NCBI GenBank assembly: GCA_007378985.1 | Contig: VMHB01000001.1 | Span: forward strand, 128,252-192,251 | Source of the DNA: Parcubacteria group bacterium Greene0714_7 | GTDB taxonomy: Bacteria; Patescibacteriota; Minisyncoccia; Phycocordibacterales; Phycocordibacteraceae | Reading direction: 5' to 3' | DNA: 64,000 nucleotides | Shown here: positions 59,074 through 64,000 of the stretch, piece after piece | How the letters are laid out: each line of letters opens with the position of its first letter | Position numbering within the stretch: position 1 is the first letter of the stretch | Notes under the pieces: generated by a model | Told to the model about the DNA's origin: nothing | The model's database searches: none | The model's input: only the letters and a program-made list of their open reading frames with translations | Translations under genes and position numbers: made by a program

Positions 59074-59444
59074 CCGACACGTTTTGCTGTTTTGGTATAT
59101 ACTGGCATTAGTAGTGTCTCCCATCAGTATTGATATGAAAAAACAACCAGCAAAGCCCGTTCGTGTAAAACCACCATATGCTCCAAAGCTTACAAAGAGC
59201 GCAATTTTGGTGTGCACTTGTGGTGTCCGTTATATAAAAACTCGTGTTGACCAAATGGTATGCATTACCTGCTTAGTGCAGGAGCGCGACTTACAGAAAT
59301 AGGGCAGGCACACCGTTTGCATGAATCCCGTTAGAGGTGTAAACGTTATGAAAAACATACCGTACAATAGAATTATGCTTTTAGTTGTACCTTTACCCGC
59401 TCTACATAATATACGGATGCCCGCGGCATCCTACCTCTAACGGG

Positions 59445-60005
59445 ATGAAAAATGCACTGGTACTCCATGGCACGAATGATTCCTCGAAAGGAAATTGGTT
59501 CCAATGGTTACGGAAAGAACTTGAAGAAAAGGACTGGAAGGTGTGGGTTCCTGATTTACCACAAGCCGATGCTCCCAATATAGAGAGGTATCAGAATTTT
59601 ATTTTCTCTTCCGATTGGAAATTTAATAATGAATCCGTCATTGTTGGTCATTCATCAGGCGCAGTAGCGATCTTAGGGCTTCTACAAATGCTGCCTGAAG
59701 ATGTTGTTATTGACACTGCAGTCTTTGTTGGTGCATTCAGAAATGATCTTGGTCGCGATGATTTGAGGGGACTTTTTGAAGAGCCATTTAATTTTGCAAA
59801 AATACGCGCTTCGGCGAAGCGTTTTGTTTTTCTTCACTCTGATAATGATCCCTATTGCCCTCTTGAAGGGGCTGAGTATCTTTCAGGGGAATTAGGAGGG
59901 AAGCTCATTGTTGTTCCGGGAGCATCGCACTTTAGTCTTGGTGCAGGAGGTGACTCATATGAAAAGTTGCCCGCTTTGTTAGATATTCTCAATGACAAAA
60001 AGTAA
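59445..60005 (+). CDS. alpha/beta hydrolase (RBBP9/YdeN-like serine hydrolase)
   Basis: VIVGHSSGAV nucleophile elbow. The ORF-track start at 59385 is probably too early. Confidence 0.5.
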   Translation: MKNALVLHGTNDSSKGNWFQWLRKELEEKDWKVWVPDLPQADAPNIERYQNFIFSSDWKFNNESVIVGHSSGAVAILGLLQMLPEDVVIDTAVFVGAFRNDLGRDDLRGLFEEPFNFAKIRASAKRFVFLHSDNDPYCPLEGAEYLSGELGGKLIVVPGASHFSLGAGGDSYEKLPALLDILNDKK

Positions 60006-60399
60006 ATTAGGGATGGTATTCGGTGTGTTTGATGGACTTCATGAAGGACATCAGTTTTTTTTGAATTCAACATCCGAGCAGTGCGAGAAACTTATTGTGG
60101 TTGTTGCTCAAGATGACGCTTCGTTTGCATTAAAGGGTAGAAAACCGAAGCACTCTTTTGAAGAGCGTGTGCGAGCACTTCGGTCATTAAATTCTTCGTG
60201 GATAGTGGTAGCAGGTGACTCTATGCAAGGAGAGTGGAGTGCATTAAAAACCTACACACCAGACATGGTGTTTTTAGGACATGATCAGAGGGCGATTGCT
60301 GATGCTCTAGGGGAGATAGGAATACAGTTTTCGTTCATAGAAGCTCATCGACCTTTTGAGTTTAAGTCGAGCTTACTGCATCACTTTAAGGCAAAATAA
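59992..60399 (+). CDS. cytidylyl/adenylyltransferase-like (HxGH) nucleotidyltransferase
   Basis: GVFDGLHEGH motif, 135 aa. Confidence 0.5.
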   Translation: MTKSKLGMVFGVFDGLHEGHQFFLNSTSEQCEKLIVVVAQDDASFALKGRKPKHSFEERVRALRSLNSSWIVVAGDSMQGEWSALKTYTPDMVFLGHDQRAIADALGEIGIQFSFIEAHRPFEFKSSLLHHFKAK

Positions 60400-60814
60400 G
60401 GTACAAGAGGTGCTTGACATATTACCTAATAAGCGTACTATTGCATCTAACGGCGATATTGCCCCGAGAACTTTAATTCTCACTGCACTGTGGTCGTATA
60501 ATCATCCATTTTTGCCCTATGGGCGTGTAATGGTTCAGGTCGAATTTATCAACAATGTTTATTGTAAAAAATGTCTATTTTCAAAGGAGAGGCTAGATCA
60601 ATCAGTAGAGTAGATGGAGAAAATGAGAGAAAGTGTGAAGGTTGTGGTGCTATGTTAACGCTCGGACGAAGAACTTGCCAGAAATGCGGTATGTGGAATT
60701 AAATTAGTAAACCGTAAAGGTAAATAAATACAGTAAGCCCCGATGGGGACGACATAGAAAGAATAAACTGCTCATGGCAGTTTTTTTATTATCTACCCTT
60801 GCTATAGTGTTTGT

Positions 60815-61777
60815 ATGGCTATCCACGATACCTTACGTACGATTATGCAAGACGGTAAGGGTGTACTTGCAGTGGATCAAGATGCACCCACACTCCAAAA
60901 ATATTTTTCTATTTTTAATATTCCAAACACAGAGGACTCGCGCCAAAAATATTTTGAACTTTTGTTTGGAACACCGGGAATAGAAAAATTATTATCCGCA
61001 GTTATTGTGCCTGAAGAAAGGGTAAAGCAAAGCTCACGGAGTGGAGTTCCATTTTCTGATCTGATTGCTTCTAAAAATATTCTGGTGGGTGTGCATATTG
61101 ATGAAACTGTTTCTGGTGATCTATCGGCACGCCTACAAGAATATAAATCACTAGCCGTTGTCTGTGCAAAAAAAACTGCACTCGTTGAAGTTACAGATAC
61201 TCCTAGAGCGGAAGAGTTTCGTGTCTACACACAAAATCTTGCTGAGTTTGCACTCATCTGCCAAAAGAAAGATGTCGTGCCGATTGTTGGGCTAGAATTA
61301 GTACACGAGGGTCCACATACAACAGAACAAGCCGAAGCAACTCTTGTTGAAAAACTTACCATTCTTTGTGATTCCTTAGCTTCGCGTGGAGTAGATTACA
61401 AGGGATTAATTATTGAGGTGAGTATGGCATCCTCTGGGAGTGAAAATCCATTACCTGCAGAGCCTAAGGAAGTTGCTGAAAGGACGATGCGTGCACTTTC
61501 CAGCTTGATTCCAGGGTCTATTGGGGGAGTTTTATTTTTTTCTGACGGAGAAACCCCTGAAATGGCAACCGCTAATTTAAACGCCATCGCTCGCCTAGAG
61601 CCTTTCCCTTGGCCTGTTGCGTTTTGTTTTTCTCGCGCGCTTCAAGAGCCAGTTCTTCGTGTATGGCAGGGCAGTGACGAGCATGTGGTGGAAGCGCAGG
61701 CAGCGTTTTATGAACGCCTCCTATTAAATGTACGAGCAGATGCCGGGGGATATGGTCAAGGAATGGAATCTCGTTGA
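60815..61777 (+). CDS. fba: fructose-bisphosphate aldolase, class I
   Basis: GKGVLAVDQDAPT ... NTEDSRQKYFELLF matches the class I FBA N-terminus. Confidence 0.65.
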   Translation: MAIHDTLRTIMQDGKGVLAVDQDAPTLQKYFSIFNIPNTEDSRQKYFELLFGTPGIEKLLSAVIVPEERVKQSSRSGVPFSDLIASKNILVGVHIDETVSGDLSARLQEYKSLAVVCAKKTALVEVTDTPRAEEFRVYTQNLAEFALICQKKDVVPIVGLELVHEGPHTTEQAEATLVEKLTILCDSLASRGVDYKGLIIEVSMASSGSENPLPAEPKEVAERTMRALSSLIPGSIGGVLFFSDGETPEMATANLNAIARLEPFPWPVAFCFSRALQEPVLRVWQGSDEHVVEAQAAFYERLLLNVRADAGGYGQGMESR

Positions 61778-62133
61778 GTTTTGTGTTGTATTTTGTTTTT
61801 GAGGCTTAGCTAGTTTTCTTTAAACAGGAATCGATACTTTTGTATGTCCCACAAAACGGCTCTTATGCGTACTTTTGGGACGACGCCCCACCAAAAAGTT
61901 TGACACCGGCAGTCTTTGTTTCTTTTTGATTTTTTAATTGATATCCACACGATTTTTTTGAGACTCCGATGTCCACAGACATGTAGAATGCTCTATACCT
62001 CCTGTCATTCCTGTTGTAATCTGTACATCCGACTTACATTTTGATTTACCGATTCTTGCGAAAAATAATTCTTGCAAAATCGTAGAAAAATTATTAAATT
62101 ATTCCGTTTTCGGACGGGCACCATCTCTCGACC

Positions 62134-64000
62134 ATGACTAGTACGCAGAAAACAAAGAAACGAAATGGCACCATCGTTGATTTTAATCAGGGGAAAATTG
62201 TTTCTGCAGTTTCCAAAGCATTTTTTGAGGTTCTTCAAGATACTCATGCTGATGAGTCACAGGCAATAGGTGAGGCGGTGGCGAGTGCGGTCAGACTTCG
62301 CTATGCGGGCACGGCGTCTATTCCTTCGGTTGAGGAAATTCAAGACCTTGTTGAGCATTCATTGATGGAGCGGTCATATTTTGATGTTGCAAAGGCATAC
62401 ATAATTTATCGCTATGAACACGCGAAGATTCGGGAAGAAAAACAAGAAGAAGTTGTAAAGAAAATTGAAGAGCGAGGACTTTTGATTCTCAAGCGAAATG
62501 GTGAGCGCGAAATATTTTCAATCGATAAAATTAGAAAGACTATTGAGTTTTCGGTGCTTCCAGAAAATGCACGAGGTGTTGATATCGACGGTTTTATTTC
62601 TCAGGTACAACGCGAAGTGTATGACGGCATTTCAACAAAAGAAATTGAGCGCACACTTATTATGGTTGCGCGCTCAATGATTGAGCGAGATCCTGCATAC
62701 AACCAACTCGGAGCCCAGCTCATGCTGAACTCTCTCTACAATGAAGTGCTTCACACGGACGCCATCTCGATAGTGTCGAGTGATTTCGACAGCATCTATC
62801 GTGCAGCGTTTGTAAAAAATGTGAAGACAGCGGTTGAATTAAAACAACTTGATGAAAGAATACTTTCATTTGATCTTTCAAAAATTGCAGCAGCACTTCG
62901 ACCTGAGCGCGATCGCTTATTGAAGTACATTGGCGTTGCAACGTTGTCTGATAGATATCTTATTCATAGTCGAGAAAACAAACAGCCGCTAGAAACTCCA
63001 CAAATGCTCTACATGCGCGTTGCAATGGGAGTTGCTTTGAATGAGAAAGAAAATCGTGAGGCATGGGCAATTCGTTTTTATGAAATGCTCTCGACTCTTC
63101 GTTTTGTTCCTTCTACGCCGACATTGTTCCACTCCGGTATGCCACGAGCGCAACTTTCTTCTTGTTACTTGAACACTGTCGATGACGATTTGGATCAGAT
63201 ATTTAAGGTCTATGGAGACAATGCACAAATGTCCAAGTGGGCAGGAGGTATTGGCACTGACTGGACGAACCTTCGTGCAACTGGAGCATATATAAAGAAG
63301 GCAGGCATTACTTCGCAGGGCGTTGTTCCATTTTTGAAGATTGCCAACGACGTTACCGTGGCTATAAACCGCTCTGGTAGGCGTCGTGGGGCTACGGCTG
63401 TATATCTTGAAACGTGGCACTACGACATTGAAGATTTCTTGGAGCTTCGTAAAAACACAGGAGATGAAAGGCGTCGTACTCACGACATGAATACCGCCAA
63501 TTGGATTCCGGACTTGTTTATGAAGCGTGTGCGTGAAGACGGTTCATGGACACTCTTTTCTCCCGATGAGACACCTGACCTCCACCATATCTATGGAAAG
63601 AAATTTGAAGAAGCATACGCACGCTATGAAAAGCTTGCTGACGAAGGGAAAATAAAACTCTTTAAGCGCATGAAGGCGGGGGATTTATGGAAGAAAATGC
63701 TCGCCATGCTTTACGAGACAGGGCATCCATGGATCACTTTCAAAGACCCATCAAACATTCGTTCTCCTCAGGATCATGTGGGTGTCATTCATAACTCAAA
63801 CCTTTGTACTGAAATTACACTGAACAACTCCAAAGATGAGACTGCTGTTTGTAACCTAGGTTGGGTGAACTTTGCAATGCATGTGACCAACGGAATGTTT
63901 GATCGCGAAAAAGCAAGAGAAACTGTAACAGTAGGTATGCGCATGCTTGATAACGTTATCGACCTTAACTTCTACCCAACAATTGAAGGAAGAAATTCAA
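62134..64000 (+). CDS. ribonucleotide reductase large subunit (class I NrdA/NrdE-like or class II), 3' truncated by window edge
   Basis: ATP-cone (KRNGTIVDFNQGKIVSAV), the PSTPTLFHSG motif and NLCTEI plus CNLGWVN active-site loops. No stop is reached before the window ends. Confidence 0.7.
   Translation, partial: MTSTQKTKKRNGTIVDFNQGKIVSAVSKAFFEVLQDTHADESQAIGEAVASAVRLRYAGTASIPSVEEIQDLVEHSLMERSYFDVAKAYIIYRYEHAKIREEKQEEVVKKIEERGLLILKRNGEREIFSIDKIRKTIEFSVLPENARGVDIDGFISQVQREVYDGISTKEIERTLIMVARSMIERDPAYNQLGAQLMLNSLYNEVLHTDAISIVSSDFDSIYRAAFVKNVKTAVELKQLDERILSFDLSKIAAALRPERDRLLKYIGVATLSDRYLIHSRENKQPLETPQMLYMRVAMGVALNEKENREAWAIRFYEMLSTLRFVPSTPTLFHSGMPRAQLSSCYLNTVDDDLDQIFKVYGDNAQMSKWAGGIGTDWTNLRATGAYIKKAGITSQGVVPFLKIANDVTVAINRSGRRRGATAVYLETWHYDIEDFLELRKNTGDERRRTHDMNTANWIPDLFMKRVREDGSWTLFSPDETPDLHHIYGKKFEEAYARYEKLADEGKIKLFKRMKAGDLWKKMLAMLYETGHPWITFKDPSNIRSPQDHVGVIHNSNLCTEITLNNSKDETAVCNLGWVNFAMHVTNGMFDREKARETVTVGMRMLDNVIDLNFYPTIEGRNS

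Noticed and set aside
60614-60700. Zinc-ribbon-like frame (CEGCGAMLTLGRRTCQKCGMWN) in the gap before the aldolase gene
   Set aside because: It has no in-frame ATG/GTG/TTG start with plausible context, and the in-frame ATG ORF here is only 14 codons. It may be a remnant or a very small protein, so it is left uncalled.

Overview
This is a low-GC (about 40%), gene-dense bacterial window. The short dnaX, the many Thr/Ser-rich secreted proteins with peptidoglycan-binding tails and the small genes suggest a reduced-genome, possibly Patescibacteria/CPR-like organism; that is inference only. Housekeeping content (coordinates in the feature list): a pyrimidine-biosynthesis cluster at the left edge (carB partial, pyrE, pyrD, a small ArsR-like regulator, pyrB, convergent pyrC), and a short dnaX. 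Further right are an ECF sigma factor with a putative anti-sigma partner, a P-type ATPase, a thiol-disulfide redox module, a B12-dependent class II RNR (nrdJ) with a cobalamin scavenging module, a copper nitrite reductase (nirK) with a divergent ArsR regulator, and truB. FTR1 and VIT-family transporters and a class I FBA follow, and a second RNR runs off the right edge. The most unusual part is an accessory island of about 10 kb (about 8.1-18.2 kb) that starts at a tRNA-Gln(UUG) gene and is littered with direct and inverted copies of the tRNA 3' end. It carries a HigB toxin with a HigA-like HTH protein fused to an ImmA/IrrE metallopeptidase. That gene is translationally coupled to a convergent, 3'-overlapping sce7725/sce7726-like (beta-protein / PD-(D/E)xK) gene pair. 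The island also holds a MazG-like pyrophosphohydrolase coupled to a 758-aa PD-(D/E)xK nuclease plus DUF2075/SF1-helicase-like ATPase with a C-terminal LexA/UmuD-type S24 autopeptidase domain, which retains an intact Cys-Gly cleavage site. Beyond that are a split HNH nuclease and a RhuM-Fic/Doc fusion inserted beside a duplicated 5' fragment of a DUF2779 gene. I regard the nuclease-helicase-S24 fusion operon and the sce7725/7726-like cassette as the best candidates for undescribed defence systems. Two families of perfect palindromic intergenic repeats, at the pyr cluster and at about 52.1 kb, share a GGGGTATA core and are not explained by the gene calls.
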